Part shown: positions 23,881 through 37,861 of the stretch, one piece after another
Layout of the letters: every line of letters starts with the position of its first letter
Numbering within the stretch: the stretch's first letter is position 1
Assembly: GCA_047495785.1 (NCBI GenBank)
Contig: JBLDXI010000021.1
Location: 1,178,001 to 1,242,000 of the forward strand
DNA length: 64,000 bases
DNA from: Lepidodermella squamata
Taxonomy: Eukaryota > Animalia > Gastrotricha
Direction: 5' to 3'
Notes under the pieces: model-generated
What the model saw: the letters and a program-made list of their open reading frames with translations, nothing else
What the model was told of the DNA's origin: nothing
Databases searched by the model: none
Translations under genes and position numbers: made by a program

Positions 23881-26800
23881 TCAAGCTGCGATTGGTTCAG
23901 TGCTAATATCGATAGGTTCGATCATAGTTCCGTTCGGGAAGCGGGGCTGGTCGGTGAGTTCGGCCGGCCGTTGTGGGAAGAGGGTGGTCAGCGATAGGAT
24001 CATCGATATGACGTAGCCGATGAGGAAAAGCCGGTCCAACACCATGGAAATCATGCGCCACGCCTCAGCGTTTCGCTTATTCGCCTCCTTATCAGCCATG
24101 CGTTGGATAAAATGAGCTAAAAGCGATCTGATATGGTGAATTTCGCGCTCTACGCTGAACATTGGTGACGCTTCGTATTTACTAGTCCTGATTGGTGTCG
24201 CTGATGTTTCAACGTAGTCGACTTGCCGTTCAAGTTTGCGAAGAACTGGCTCCATCAAGAGCGAGTTGAGGGACGGAATTTCAGCGCTCATCTAGGAAAA
24301 GGAGAACAATTGTTAAAAAAAATTAAACCAGAAGGAGGGGAAGATAAAACTATAAGCAGGTTTTTTTAATTCGAAAATTGCCTTTAGCCGCAACAAATCT
24401 GAAATTTCAACCATTCCAAATACTCATGAATATGTTGAGAACTTTCGTACTTTTAATTCGCAATATTAGGCAATTTATAACGCGTTTGGCTCTCCTTGGA
24501 CTAAAGAAGGGTAATTTTGGGAAGTATATTCAGCAGGTGGATTTTTCATATTCACCTCAAAATGTGGGTCAAATTTCAGAGAAATTTAAGAAAAACTCTT
24601 GTTGGTTCAAGAAAAACTAAAACCAGTCGTCCTATCCTGATTTTTTTACAGAGAGGACAAGGCCAATTACTAATTTCGTTTAAGAATTTCCAATTATCTA
24701 GGACATATTGAGAGGGTCTCCAATCGATATCCGAAATTATGAAATTATGAATTATGAAAACTAACATTGAACTTGTTGTAATGTTTCAGGTCGAAGGAAC
24801 TAGACGGGAAGAATCGCGGCTTTTTCCGATGTTGCGGACTTTTCTGCTTCGGCCAGTTTGTCTGACGTCGAATTTTCGCCACCGGATCGTCGCTATTCGT
24901 CGCCAGGTCTGAGAAAGCACCATCTGCACCATCGTCACTAACGCAGCTCGACTCGATGCAACTCGGCCCCGAAGCTCGACTGGCTGCTGAGGATTGGCAT
25001 CGATGGGTGGCTTCGACAGTTGCCCCGACGAAAACTCCGCGCCTCGTCGGCGAAAACGTGGCAGAAGCCGCGACTAATGGCTCGCGAACTGTGGTTTTAC
25101 CGCAACTACCACCAGGCAGGCAAGAATCACAGGCGATCGGCGCCAAATCGTCTTCGATGCCCGAGAAATGGTAGTTGTTACTAACAGCGGCGTGGTAGCT
25201 ATTACACGGCGATGGTTTGTGTTCACAAAGCTTAATCATCGGCGAATGGCCGGTTGGATGGTGCAGTTCGTCGACGTAATCCCGGTTATTCACATCGCCC
25301 TTGCATATCTCGGAGCAAATGTTATCTGGCGCCAATTCACAGCCAATTTTCGGCGGCTTATTCTTCCGTTCTTTTTCCTGAAGAACGGTGTCGACGTAGA
25401 TGTCCTCCAGGCTTTTATCATTGCAAAGAACAATTTGACGGCAGGACGGTTTCATCGATCGGCTGGGCGCTTTGACAATCACGCAGTCGAACATTCGTTC
25501 GAAAAATATGACAATTCGTTGTTTTAAGGTGGTGGCACGGCGTTTTTTCGGCGATTCTTTCGCAGCGAGTTCGCGGCGTCTCGCTCGCAGTCGAATTTGG
25601 CGCAGGTGTTCGAGGTGTTGCATGCTTTGAAGTAGTCTCATCGAAGGAGGCACGTGGATGAACAGGGAACGGGCTATCACGCCGATGACAACGTAGACAA
25701 GCCAACGACTGGGTGGATTTCGCTTATCAGCCCGATAATGCATATCCACCAGGATTGAACATAGAAACGTTGAACACGTTGTCATTACCATATTGAAACA
25801 ATAATAGGCACCTGATGAAAAAATTCAAAAATTTCAGGTGAAAATTAATAATTTGTTTACCAATAATCGGAATTTGTTTCGCTGTAGGAGGCGTTGATTC
25901 TTTGAGGAGTAACAACAGCATGAAAAATGCGACAAAAATGTTGATGCCGAGAAGCATTTTAGCCGGCGTCTCGGGCGGAAGCATGAATAGAACCATTGTG
26001 ATGAAGGACAGCAAAACGCAAGGTAAAATCAGGGTGTAGCTGTAAAAAGTCGGCCGGCGGCGTAGTTTTAAATGGAAGGTCAGGTCAGGATACGGCTCAT
26101 TCGGGCAGCACTCGTAAAATGCGACATTTTTAACCGCATCGTGCTCGAGGATGATCCACTCCTGGGAGGCGACGTATTCCGACAGTTCAATGTACTCCTT
26201 GTCGTCGATAAAAAAGGGGTCGAGGGCATTGCCGTTGTACGTCCAGGAACCGAATTTCATTTTACACGTCTGTTCGTCGAACGGAAAGTAGGTCGTGTCA
26301 ATGAAGCACGTGCTTTTAAAAATGGCTGGCGGAATGTAGGTCACCTCGCCATCTGGGTTAATTAGAGCCATTGTGCTGCGGTGTTCTGCCAGCCGCTCGT
26401 CGGCATAGTTGTACAGGACGAAATCGGGTTTCCAGATGCTGCTGATCGGGACTCGAACTATCGTGATGTTATCATGCTCATCCGGAGACTGTCATCATTG
26501 TAAAAAGAGCAACAGTGATTTTAATTATTCGAAAAATCCGATATTAAAATTCAATTATTTATAATTGAAATAGATTTATTCAGTAGGATTTAATTGGGGG
26601 ATAAAAACTAAATTTTCCGTAAACAGGCTTCAAAACGAACCTATTTTTCCCTAGAAATGCAAGCGGGTCAAGCGAAAAAATTTAGCTAGAAAAACCTGAT
26701 TTACTGGATTATATTTAGATTGCAATCCTCACTATTTTAATAATTTAAAAAATCCACCTTAAATTTAATAAAATTTAAGAATTCGGAATTCGGAATTCGG

Positions 26801-27308
26801 AACGTGCGCTTAATTTAATCTACCGTTAATATACGAAAAAACTGGTAAAATTAAGGAAATTTCTTACCCAATGAAGCGATTCGTCTCGCCATCTCTGAAA
26901 ATCGAAAAATGGTAACTTTGACCTTCTCAAACAAATTTTCATTTCTAACATATTTGCACCAAACGTTGGTGGTGAGCACTTGATCCTTCTCGTCAACATC
27001 AATGATTTGAACCAGGCTGATGCCATAGCCGACTCGAAGGGTAGCATTCCTATTATAAATGTTAAATTTTACAGGAATTTATAATTGCTGTAATTTTATT
27101 ACATGTCCTTGATTGGTCGTCCGAATTTCCCGTCGACAGTATAGTTGTCCATGAGTTGTTTGATGAGGCGCTTTTCTTCGCTGAGTGTCACGCCAAGGTG
27201 GCATTCTGTAATTAGCACGACAGCAATGACGGCAACAATTAAACAATAACATTTGTTATTCAGTAGCCGGCAAACATCCGCCACAAAATCGCGCAACAGC
27301 AATAACAT
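23881..27308 (-). CDS. Cys-loop acetylcholine receptor alpha subunit, probably anion-selective
   Basis: Hydrophobic leader followed by EEKRLIKQLM, WKPD, Cys-loop CFIDTTYFPFDEQTC, FGSWTY and loop C YECCPNEPY. M1-M2 reads PPETPAKMLLGINIFVAFF and M4 reads WRMISMVLDRLFL. Includes a 27-nt exon at 26868-26894. Start codon tentative. Confidence 0.92.
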
Positions 27309-28649
27309 GGGCGCATCAATTGCGGAAAAATCGCGCCTGATTTTTGAACGATTGAAACGACAAGTTGAGCTCAAGAAGTATTAAGCGCAGCAGCGATTGC
27401 TATAATAATAAAGCTGCGGCTATTTATTTGGCTATTGCCTGTCATCTATCGCGTAGCAGCCGTAGCGCGTGTTGCTTACCAGTTAAAGCCGTCGAGGCGA
27501 AAATAACGGCCGCGAACAGGCGGAATTTGATTGCACCCGAGCCACTCGTCATCGTGTTATTATTATTGTTATTGTTTGCCGGACCGGCGCGGAAGTCACC
27601 ACTAAAACTTCGACTCTGAATTACTAATTAAGACGCTATACTCGGATTTATTGCGTGACAACTAGCCGTGTGTCTCGAATAACTGCGCGGTGGAAAATAT
27701 AATAAATCTGCGAGACGCAGATACGAAAAAAAATCACGCGTCTTGTCGAACAAATCGATGCATAAAAGCCGAGCTCAGGAAGCGACTTTCAATGATGACG
27801 ATGATTTGCTAGGCTAATCCGGGACCGGCCGGCCGTTTCCGCCGTCCATGCGAGCTTATTACTGGATAAAAGAAACAAATCTATATGGCCGAGAATCAAA
27901 AGGTATATTGAAATTTGGCAGCCATATTTGTTTATTCTATAGAATTGTGAGAATAGGAATAAATTAAAGAAAAAAGGCTTACAAATTCTAAAATTAATTT
28001 CTCCATTTGTGTTGATGAAAATTTAAATTTTGGCGTGCCGCTTTGCAATTTATTTGCGCAATTATTGGTGTCATCATTATTTGGAAGGTCGGCGCGCAGG
28101 GAAATGCAATTAGATAAAGGATGCCTTCGCACTACAAGTCACACAGCTACGACAAGTTTTCCAATTTGTACTCATGAATACCAACGCTATACACCCGATT
28201 CGACTCAGGCGCTATACACGAGCTAAAAGTTATATCTTGATACATTGTGGTAGGTGCAGCTTATTTCCTTGAACTGTGTTATTGATTATTTATTATTTCA
28301 CATGCTTACCGCCGGCTTATCGGCGGTAGGTGAAAAATCTTTACGCAAACCGCAGAGGCGCCGATTCATCATTGGCACCTTCAACGTTCGTGGCTACAAC
28401 TTCCCATCTGGTGTTTGAAAGAAATAATGGTAGCTGCAATCGTAATACCTAACTACGTTCTCCTAACCCCTGTTCGGAAGATTGAACCAGAAATTTGAAA
28501 CATTTCAAAGGCGATGGAAAGAAGGAGATTTCAAGATAGTTGAGCCAATTACTGGAAAATTTAATGACTGATATAAAATTGCGTTATGGCAAATCGAGGA
28601 GCAAGTTTGGCTCGCTGATCCTATAATATTTTGATTTTGTAAAAAAATA

Positions 28650-31539
28650 ATGGCTTGGTTCAAGCTTGAATTTTGCGTTTTTATACTTATTTTTGTTGAG
28701 CACAGTCTTCAGATATCGGTAAAAATTATCGCGTGAAAAACACTTGTGATTCTTGCGACTACAATTCGCGATGTTTTGTAGATTTCGTCGCATTCCGGAA
28801 CCTGCGACAGCACATTCACACCTGATATTTCCGCTATTCGCAATGTATTGGCAGAATGGAACCGGACGTTGTCCGAATCGCTGACGCAAAGCGCTGAGGC
28901 TGAGTGGAACTGGAACGTCAATATCACAAGTGAAAATGAGCAAATTATGGTAGACATTTTCTATTCGATTTCCGCCTGCCTTTAACACATTATTTTTTTC
29001 GATTTTTTATTCTACGAAAAGAACGCTGAAAGCGAGAAGAGCGCGGCTTTGCAGAAGAAATATTGGCAAGAGGCGAAATGCCTGAGTGACAAAGTTGTTA
29101 ATCACTGCTCGGAAGAATACCGCCGGCTCTCGGCTTACGACAACATTGGGGTCGCAGCACTACAGCCCATCGATTACAAAAACGTAAAATTTTCAAATTT
29201 TCAAATTTTTAAATGAAAATTACAATGATTTTATTCTTCAACTTCCCCGCGACTGAGCATCTATACCCTTTAGGGTTTTGAGGAAAAGGTTTTAATTTCA
29301 AATTAGGGTCAAGCTATTCGTACATAACTATGTACGCAGAAATTGCTATTCGTACATAGTTTTGCGCGAATTTTCAGAGTTATTCAGATGGGTGTGGAAA
29401 TTCGAGATTTGGCGATGATACCATGGAATTTCGCAGAGAGATGCAGCAAAGTGAGGCCTATCTAGTGGTCAAATTTCGTCAGATTATCTTCCAAAGTATT
29501 CACGCTAGGGTCGTGAAAAACAATTCAAATAATGATATTTTGCGAATCTACCTTAGGGGGTCCAATAGTGATTTTTTGAGGGGAGATAGGCCTGATGGTC
29601 AGCTATCAGCACGCAAAAAATTAGATTGATGGGATGAAAATTGAGCAAGCCGTTTATCTTAGAAAAAAGCATATCGAAACTATGTACGAATAGCAATTTT
29701 CGCGTACATACTATGTACGAATAGACATTCCGTTCAAATTAAGTTAAATTTTTTGATATATTAATTTTTTCAATTTTTTCAAATTTATTGCAGTTCAATT
29801 ATATTCTTAATAAAATGACGAACATTTATTCGACGGCAAAAGTATGCTATCCGCGGACCTGCAACAGCTCATCTTCAACGTGCCTGGATCTGGAACCTGG
29901 TTTGCCTACTTTTCTGAAAATTTATCAATTAAATAATGAATTGTTTGTGAAGGTTTGACAATGCTGATGAAAGAGTCGAAAGATTACTGTTTGCTACAAT
30001 GGGCATGGGAAGCTTGGCGCAATGAAACGGGTCAGAAAATGCGTGGCTATTTCACGACGTATGTTGTGCTGCAAAACGAAGCTGCCCAGGCTAATGGTGT
30101 GATTTTTCCAATTTTTTTATTAAATTAAAATTCGATTTTTATCACTCAGGCTTCAAAAGTGCGAAGGACATGTGGACGAGCGATTTCACAAGCGACGATC
30201 CGTCTTACTTTGACCAGTTCGAGAAAGCTTGGCAGCAAGTGAAGCCTCTGTACCAGCAACTCCACACCTATGTCCGTCGAATGCTTAGACACGTTCGATA
30301 CCGCACTTTTGCCGATCAATTTCCTATGACTGGCCACATTCCTGCTCATTTGCTTGGGAATATGTGGGCTCAGGATTGGACCTCGCTCTACGACTTGGTT
30401 GTGCCATACCCCGAGGCGCCATCTATCAATCTGACGGATCTTCTTAAACAAAACGTAAGACAGGAAAATAATTGAAAATCTCAAAAAATTCGACAAATTA
30501 AATTCCGATTCAGGGCTCAACTGTAAGCGATTTGATCTCCGAAGCTGATCTGTTCTTCCAATCAATCGGCCTCCGACCAATGACAAAGGACTTTTGGGAA
30601 AATTCGGTTTTCGAACGGCGTAACGACACAGAAATGGTCTGCCACGCTTCGGCCTGGGATTTCTTGCGCCAAACCGATTTCCGAATCAAAATGTGCGCTC
30701 AAGTCGACGCAGACTACTTCCAGACCATTCACCACGAAATGGGACATATTCAGTATTACATGCAATACAAAGATCAACCGGTTGAGTTTCGTAACGGAGC
30801 TAATCCTGGGTTTCACGAAGCTATTGGCGATCTGATAGCGTTATCAGCAATGTCTTCGACCCACCTTAAAGCTATAGGATTACTTCCGAACAATTTCTCT
30901 GAGAGCGCTGGTAAATTTATAAAAATGATTTATAAAATAATTGAGCTATTTTTTCGCACAGAGACTTCGATGAATAATTTGATGGCTATGGCGTTGGACA
31001 AGATCGCCTTCCTACCTTTTGGATATCTTATGGACAAGTATCGCTGGTCTGTTTTCGATAAGAACATCTCGTTCGCGAACCTCAATGAAGGTTGGTGGGA
31101 ACTGCGCTGTGACCTTCAGGGTGTATCGCCGTCCGTCAACCGCACTGAAAATGACTTCGACCCGGGCGCCAAATTTCACATCGCGGCATCAGTTCCTTAC
31201 GATCGCTACTTCTACGCCTACATCCTCGAATTTCAAATTCATCGAGCGATATGCCGGCGAATGAATATCACAGAAAATTTGCATTTATGCGACATTTACG
31301 GGCAGAAAGATGCGACGGCGGTTCTGAGGGAGGTAATGGAACTTGGCTCGTCCAGGCCGTATCCGGAGGTACTGCAGATGTTGACTGGAAGCCGAACTTT
31401 GGACGCGTCTGCTCTGGTTGATTACTTCGCCCCGCTTTATGAATGGCTGGTCGAGCATAACAAAAAAGCTGGCGAGGAAGATGTCGCTTGGTGCAGCAAC
31501 TGCCCGACCGAGGCACCTTCAAGCCCTTGCAAAATTTGA
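28650..31539 (+). CDS. ACE: ACE-like peptidyl-dipeptidase (M2), copy 3; no hydrophobic C-terminal tail
   Basis: Leader exon MAWFKLEFCVFILIFV; motifs [30 protein letters not shown] and FDPGAKFH; ends PSSPCKI*. Confidence 0.92.
29306..29732. mobile_element. MULE-type MITE in an intron of ACE copy 3
   Basis: About 48-bp sub-terminal inverted repeats (CTATTCGTACATA..TATGTACGC..AAATTGCTATTCGTACATAGTTT). 9-bp TSD TTCAAATTA at 29297-29305 and 29733-29741. Confidence 0.8.
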
Positions 31540-32029
31540 TAAAAATAACTGCTGATGAAAATAATGGTTCAATTCCCTGTCTTTCTCAAACTTTAACCTT
31601 GAAGTAAAATTTATTCTGCATCGATTCAAAGTTCTGGGTTATTTCTCTTGTTATATATTTTAATCTTGATAAAATCCTCGAAGATGATATCGCAAAACTG
31701 TCAATAGTTACTAAACCAGTTATCATCGGATTGTTCCGGATTTTCTCGAGTGAAGTTGCTGTTAGGGGCTTAATAATTAGAGTTTGATTGCACAGAAACA
31801 GGTGGATAATTCTCATAGGCATAATATCAGTATAGACTGACTAGGTACTCACGAGAAAAGGAGTGTAACGCCATGGGCGCCAGAGGTACGAATTTACGGT
31901 CACGAACTTGCTATGAATCGCGCTTGATGGTCTGCTGATTCATCGATTTCATGGAGCGCACAAATAAAAAAATTCCGATTTTCAATTTTCAATGTTTTTT
32001 TCAAAATCTTAATAAGTAAACCACGACAA

Positions 32030-32354
32030 GGGCACACAGTAGTTCAGTGGATAGTTGTCTGCTGTGTATTGAGCGTCAAGATCGATGGGCACGAGTTCGA
32101 TCCCCACCCGGGTCAACCGTGGTTTATCAATGACGCTCTACCCCGACGGTGGCCGACCACTCCATCGTGCTACAAAAGTGAAAAGTGGTAGATTAGGAGT
32201 GTCAGCGAGACTGCACTAATCGCTACCGAGCTGTCCTCAAGAGACCCCAACAAGCGACCCTAAGAGCGCTCATTCGGGACCCATGGCTTCGGCCCATCCA
32301 TTCAACGAATGGGACGTCTCAATAATAAAAAGGAATTTTCGAATTTTCGAATTT
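32030..32354 (+). mobile_element. tRNA-derived SINE
   Basis: A box TAGTTCAGTGG, B box GAGTTCGATCC, 3' stem-loops and a (GAATTTTC)n tail. Direct repeat TAAACCACGAC at 32017-32027 and 32355-32365. Confidence 0.8.
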
Positions 32355-33131
32355 TAAACCACGACTACAGCTTCGAAGACAGTTAAACTGAACGATTTTT
32401 TGAGGAAATTGGATTTGTCATAACAAGAGCTACATTGCGATTCTTGGAGCCAACTTGAAGGATTTTTTTCTGATTTTCTGGACATTTTAAAATCTTTCAA
32501 CAATAATGATATTTGCATTGATTATTAACATTGACCCAGTTCTGTACTCATTCGAGCTACGCCATGTGCGTGCGTCACACGTGCCTATAAAGCAAAGGTT
32601 CAGGATTGAATCCTCCAGCGAGTCGGTGGTTTTTTTCTAAGCAGACTTCTGTAAAATTCCCAGAAAATCATGATTTTGAAAAAAAATATTGCTGTGTTCC
32701 CCTTGAAGAGATCTATCTCTGATGTCTGTGTTGGTTCTTCGAAATGCTTCCTTTAATCGCTAAGAAATCGACGGTTGACAATTGGAAATTTTTTATTTTT
32801 ACCCTCCAAGAGATTGATGAATCAGCAGACCATCTGGATCCCATGGCGTTACACCCCTTTTCTCGTGAGTAGTCAGTCTGATACTGATCTATACTGATAT
32901 GTATTTTGTCTATTTTGTCATGCTTCATTCGTCGAAAAGCGTCGGAAATAGCTTTCTGATTCGAAACTTTTTCGAAACAATTAAAAATACAGACAATTTC
33001 GAGCCACTTTCTTCTTTTATTAAAACTGATGATGGCATACCTAACAGAAAGTCTAGCGGAAGTGAGAAACAATTTAGAGCAAAACACTTGAATATCTAAA
33101 ACAAAATAGCGACGAGCATGAAAGAGTTGCC

Positions 33132-35609
33132 TCATCGTGTGGCCTCATCGTGTGGCCTCAAGCTGAGCAACAACTTCCGCACAACCTCCGAATGATAGGA
33201 TTCAGCAGATAAATCCAACGCAGTCTTGCCGTCAGTATTTTCCGCCGTGATATTGGCGCCTCGATCGATTAGTAGCGTAACTACGTCCAAATGCCCCTCC
33301 TGCGCCGCTGCCATCAAGGCTGTCCAATTGTCATCGTTCTTATTATTCACAGCAGCATCACGATCGAGCAGCAGTTTGACTACGCCTAATTGTCCCGTGC
33401 CAGACGCTACCATCAACGCTGTCGAGCCATCATTTGTCTTACTATCCACGGCAGCTCCTCGATCGAGTAGCAACTTGACGACTTCGAGATGCCTATTGAA
33501 TACCGCAATCAGAAGCGTCGTCGCGCCGTCATTCGTTTTGCTGTCGATTTTAGCTCCTCGATCGAGCAACAACTTAACGACTGCCGTTCGATTATTATCA
33601 GCTGCAGCATGTGAAGCAGTGGCGCTTGTATTCTCCGATCTGGCGTCAACAACCGCGCCGAGACCAAGAAATACCTTACCGACTTCCTGGTCCCCCTCTT
33701 GGACAGCAAACATCATCGGCGTCCAGCCATCTTTTGCCTCACTGTCAACAGCAGCTCCTCGATCAAGCAGCAACTTGACGACTTCGAGGTGGCCTCTATT
33801 TACCGCAGTCATTAACGGGGTCCAGCCGTACTTAATTTTGCTGTCGATGTTAGCTCCTCGATCTAGCATTGACTGGACGACTGCAACTTGATTATCCTCG
33901 GCTGCGACAAACAGTGCCAGTTCAGTGTTGTTCAAATTGGTATCAATGCTTCGATCAAGAAGCAAGTTGACAACGTCAACGTGCCCTGAACTAGCTGCTA
34001 ACGTCGTTGCCGTCCAGCCTTGCCTGGATTTGCTTTCAATCGCTGCTCCACGATCCAGTAACAGCTCGACGACGTGGAAGTAGCCTCTGTTAGCCGCTTC
34101 CATGATCGGGGTCCAGCCGCGCTCTTCCTTACTATTTACATCAGCTCCTCTATCGAGAAGCAGCCCGACGACGTCCGAGTGGCCTTTTTTTGCTGCTAAA
34201 TACAACGCTGTAGCGCTGGTGTTGCTCTTGCTGTCGATATTCGCGCCGTGGTCGAGAAGCAACGTGACGACGTCCAGGCGCCCTGCATCTGCCGCATTCA
34301 TCATCGGCGTCCAATAGTCATTTGCTTCAGCGTCAACGGTGGCCCCTCGATCAAGAAGCAACTTCACGACAGTCAAGAGGTTATTTCCTGCTGCCAAATG
34401 CAGCGCTGTTTGCCCCCACTCATCCTCCTTGCCACTGATGTTTGCCCCGCGGTCGAGCAGTAGGCGGACGATTTCCACTCGCTGGTCCAACTTGTTCGGG
34501 CAATTGGCGACGCGGTGCAACAGAGTGAAGTTGCGCATTTGGTACATGCAGGCCGTGTCCAGGTTAGGATCTCGCCAATTCGGGTCGAATTTGCCGCCTG
34601 TTGCTGCGTCGATCTCGGCAACAAGTCGCCGCACAACGGCAGCGTCGGCGTCAGCAGCACAAGCCAATCCAAGCCGCTTGTAAAGGTCAAACACGGCAGC
34701 ATTTTGTGACTGAAAAAAATGAATCCTCAATAGCTTGTGAAATGAATGAATGTGGAACAAATCTCACATTCGATTCTGCGTGGATCTTGGACGCCGTCTT
34801 TTTAACTGGCATTGTTGTCGAAAACTGTTTGTTCTCGCCGCCGCGCGATTCCAGCGTTTCCCTGACGTTACTGGGACCGTAATCGGCGGGCAAGTTTGGT
34901 CCGGGAGTCTAGTGCACAAATAGTCAAGTGAATTTATGGTTTGTTTTATTTCATGATTCGCATGTTTAACCATGAAGGCTCAATCAAAAAGAATGAGCCA
35001 AAGTCACTTTTTTATAACTGATAGTAATTATATTTTAAATTCGGGTTATTGAAGACTTTCTTTCTTTGCAATAAAGATGCTGGAAAATCTACCCAATCGC
35101 GTGCTTGAACAATCTTTTGTGGATTTCGTGGATTCGGTGGTTCCACTGAGGTCAGTTCCTGATTCCTGAGTTGGCCACAGTTAGGACACCAAAATTAGGG
35201 ATAAGTAGTTGAAGTGAAAAAAGCCGAAAAAGTGAAATTTCTTATCCTGATTTCTAAGCCGCTATCCTATTGCCCGGCAACCCATCAGCTAATTTTATCA
35301 GCTTTTTTTGTTTTTGGAAACTTGACCTTATTTGACTTTACTTAGCAACTCGCCAAGTTTGAAATACCTTGAAAGTGCCCGAATAATCTTGAATTTAAGA
35401 GCATTTGACCTCCTTATTTTCAGTTGAGAATTTAAACCGTTTCTGGCAGTTTAATTTGCTATTCAATGAGTTATATTCCTCACCCCGGTTGAGGCCGATG
35501 GAACTGGTGACGTGGCGTCGTTGATTTCAGCATTTTCAACTCGATTGTTCATGCTATCAGCTAAAGCGGTTGCCGATATAAGAAGAATGCATAGGAGCAT
35601 CAACGCCAT
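33132..35609 (-). CDS. Ankyrin-repeat protein (~14 repeats) with predicted signal peptide
   Basis: Exons 35609-35484 (MALMLLCILLISATALA...), 34908-34768 and 34709-33132 join in phase 0. A further exon near 35100-35190 is possible. Repeats follow G.TpL..AA..GH..vVklLLdrGA. Confidence 0.88.
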
Positions 35610-36687
35610 CGTTTAATCGGTAGTTACGTGTGCAGTTTTGAATGTTCAACAAAAAAACTTCAACAAAAGTAGAAAAATGTTCTTCACGATGTTGTGCTCT
35701 TAAGAGAAAAAATCGGATCAAATGAAGAAATCACCTTTCAAATAGTATGGAAAGACATGATTTTACCAGCATTTTGTCAGCTGGCCGCGTGCCTTCAGCT
35801 GGCTGCACTGGCAACATCTGCAACCGCTGAGGTAAATAATCAGGCCCCATTTCTCCTCAAAAATGGGACATATCCTGTTTCCATTATTTTATTCAGATAA
35901 TGGATTTATTCAGAACGACAAATTTTCCAAAAAATTCAATCCGATCTGTAATAAACTTAATGATTTCATGTTCTGCGCGACTTTGACCTGACAGTGGCAA
36001 ATTTTACATGCCGAATCAGCTCCTTGCGTTGTATCGTTAAAGCTTGAGAGAAAAAACTTTAAAGAGCCATTTAATAAAATGTCTCTTTCAGACGCATTTC
36101 AAACTGAATTTAGTCGGTTAAAATTGTTCTGAACCTACCTACCGGCCAAACTAAATTCGATGCGCTTTTTCTTTTGCGCTTCTTTATTCCAGCAAAAATG
36201 GTGAGAAGAAGAGCTGTCAAGTAATGAAATCATTCAATTGAAACTGTAAAAAGGCTGCCGACTATCATTCTTAATGTTAGGAACATGTTAGGAGTCGCAA
36301 GGAAATTGATGTGGGAATGCTGGGGAAATTCTGGCCTCTGGCATTCTGGGTAAAACACTCCGTGAATTGCAGACAAATAGGTAGTAATTTATTCGAAAAA
36401 AGATTCTTCAATTACCGATTACCGCACAGCATTTTCCTATTATTTTCGAAAATATTTGAAAAATATTGAAAGCATGTATCATCTTAAATGCAAGCAATCC
36501 AGTCTTTTGGGCTAATATCTTGTCTTTATAACTTTGAAAAAATGTTAAAAGCTTGAAAAAAGTCGATCTTTTCTTCATGGACCAGGAACGGCCATCGCTA
36601 GAGCTTGCAAGCATTCCAGTCTGAGGCTAAACTGTCATGTCTTTACAACCTTGAGCTTATGAAAGCTTGAAAAAGCCGATCTTTTCT

Positions 36688-36909
36688 TCACGCACCAGGA
36701 ATGGCCATAACCAAAGCTTGCAATGTGGCAAAAACCGATCCAGCCGCAACGTTTCCGACAAAGGCCTGGGCTGCAGCAGCAAACGACCCGGCTATCGGAC
36801 CAAGAGCACCAAATCCGAGCCATCCAGCCACAGTAGTTGCGGCTCCAACGGGGCTCAATGAGATGATAGTTCCAACAGTGTTAACAACAAGCCACGCGAA
36901 CAAGCCCAT
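36688..36909 (-). CDS. IFI27/ISG12 (Ifi-6-16 family)-like small hydrophobic protein
   Basis: LGFGALGPIAGSFAAAAQAFVGNVAAGSVFATLQA matches the ISG12 motif. Confidence 0.8.
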   Translation of the reverse strand: MGLFAWLVVNTVGTIISLSPVGAATTVAGWLGFGALGPIAGSFAAAAQAFVGNVAAGSVFATLQALVMAIPGA

Positions 36910-37774
36910 TTTATGTTAAGAAAACTGAAGCAGAAAATGAAAAGCGAGACTGATGACTGGACTGATGTGTTGGTATTTAAGGACAAAATGTTATCTAATG
37001 ACAACGTGGCAAAATGCCGCTACCGCGCACGTTGATGCCACAATTATATTGTGATTCATCTTATATTTGTTGAAGTTGTGCGATATAGAGGACCCCGCCC
37101 TAATTTCGGCCGCTTTTCAGGTTTTTCCTACTTTGCCAGTCAGGTAGATTTTCAGAAAATATTCGGCAAAAGCAGAATTAAAGAGGCGTTATTAGGCTAT
37201 CGAATGCCGCTTTCCGCAAGTCCGGACGATTTTACCTTGATTTATGGCTAATTTTTAGTCACCCAGACACCCGGCCGGAATTAGGGAGCGGGGTGCCCTA
37301 ATTTCGGCCACCTTATCCAGGTACACTGCTAATACTACAAGTTTGGCATCGTTAGATTTGTCTCAAAAAGCTGACTATAAAAACCGCCTTTGTTGCTTCG
37401 CATGTGAGCTTTTCCTTGTTTTGGCAGGTAAAAGTGTGATAACTTGTTTTCTACCTAATAGCCTAACTGCGGTTGACTTTCTAAAATTCTGGAAAAATAT
37501 CTAAAAAATCCCTTGCCTCCTGTAGAATGAGAGTATCGATTTTGTTTTCCCGAATTCAACTCCACTATTGACTGCTAATTTTTGGAATCGAACACTCGAA
37601 AACCCTAAAATTGGCCCTCTCGATCACTTCACCTGGGCGGTTTTAGATAGAATTCGGTTTTAGATAGAATCGGTACAGCAACAGAAGCAATAAAACTAGA
37701 AAACTAGGTGAACAAATAATTTTATAATCTAACAATTAACTCTGTAATTCATTATTTCTTTTAATCTGAACCTC

Positions 37775-37861
37775 GAACGAATAGTCCATCGGGTTGGCTT
37801 GTCGGTCCCTGTTTCAGCTGCTACGGAGGCCGATATAAGAAGGATGGAGCATCAACGCCAT
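37775..37861 (-). pseudogene. Orphan, frameshifted copy of the ankyrin-gene signal-peptide exon
   Basis: ATGGCGTTGATGCTCC[4-nt gap]ATCCTTCTTATATCGGC matches the exon starting at 35609, with similar upstream sequence. No ankyrin exon follows before the IFI27-like gene. Confidence 0.65.

Noticed and set aside
32030-32115. Functional tRNA gene
   Set aside because: It has A and B boxes but no clean cloverleaf, and it continues into a SINE body with a TSD.
35074-35113. 40-bp match to 58831-58871
   Set aside because: Too short to interpret; probably a fragment of a dispersed repeat.
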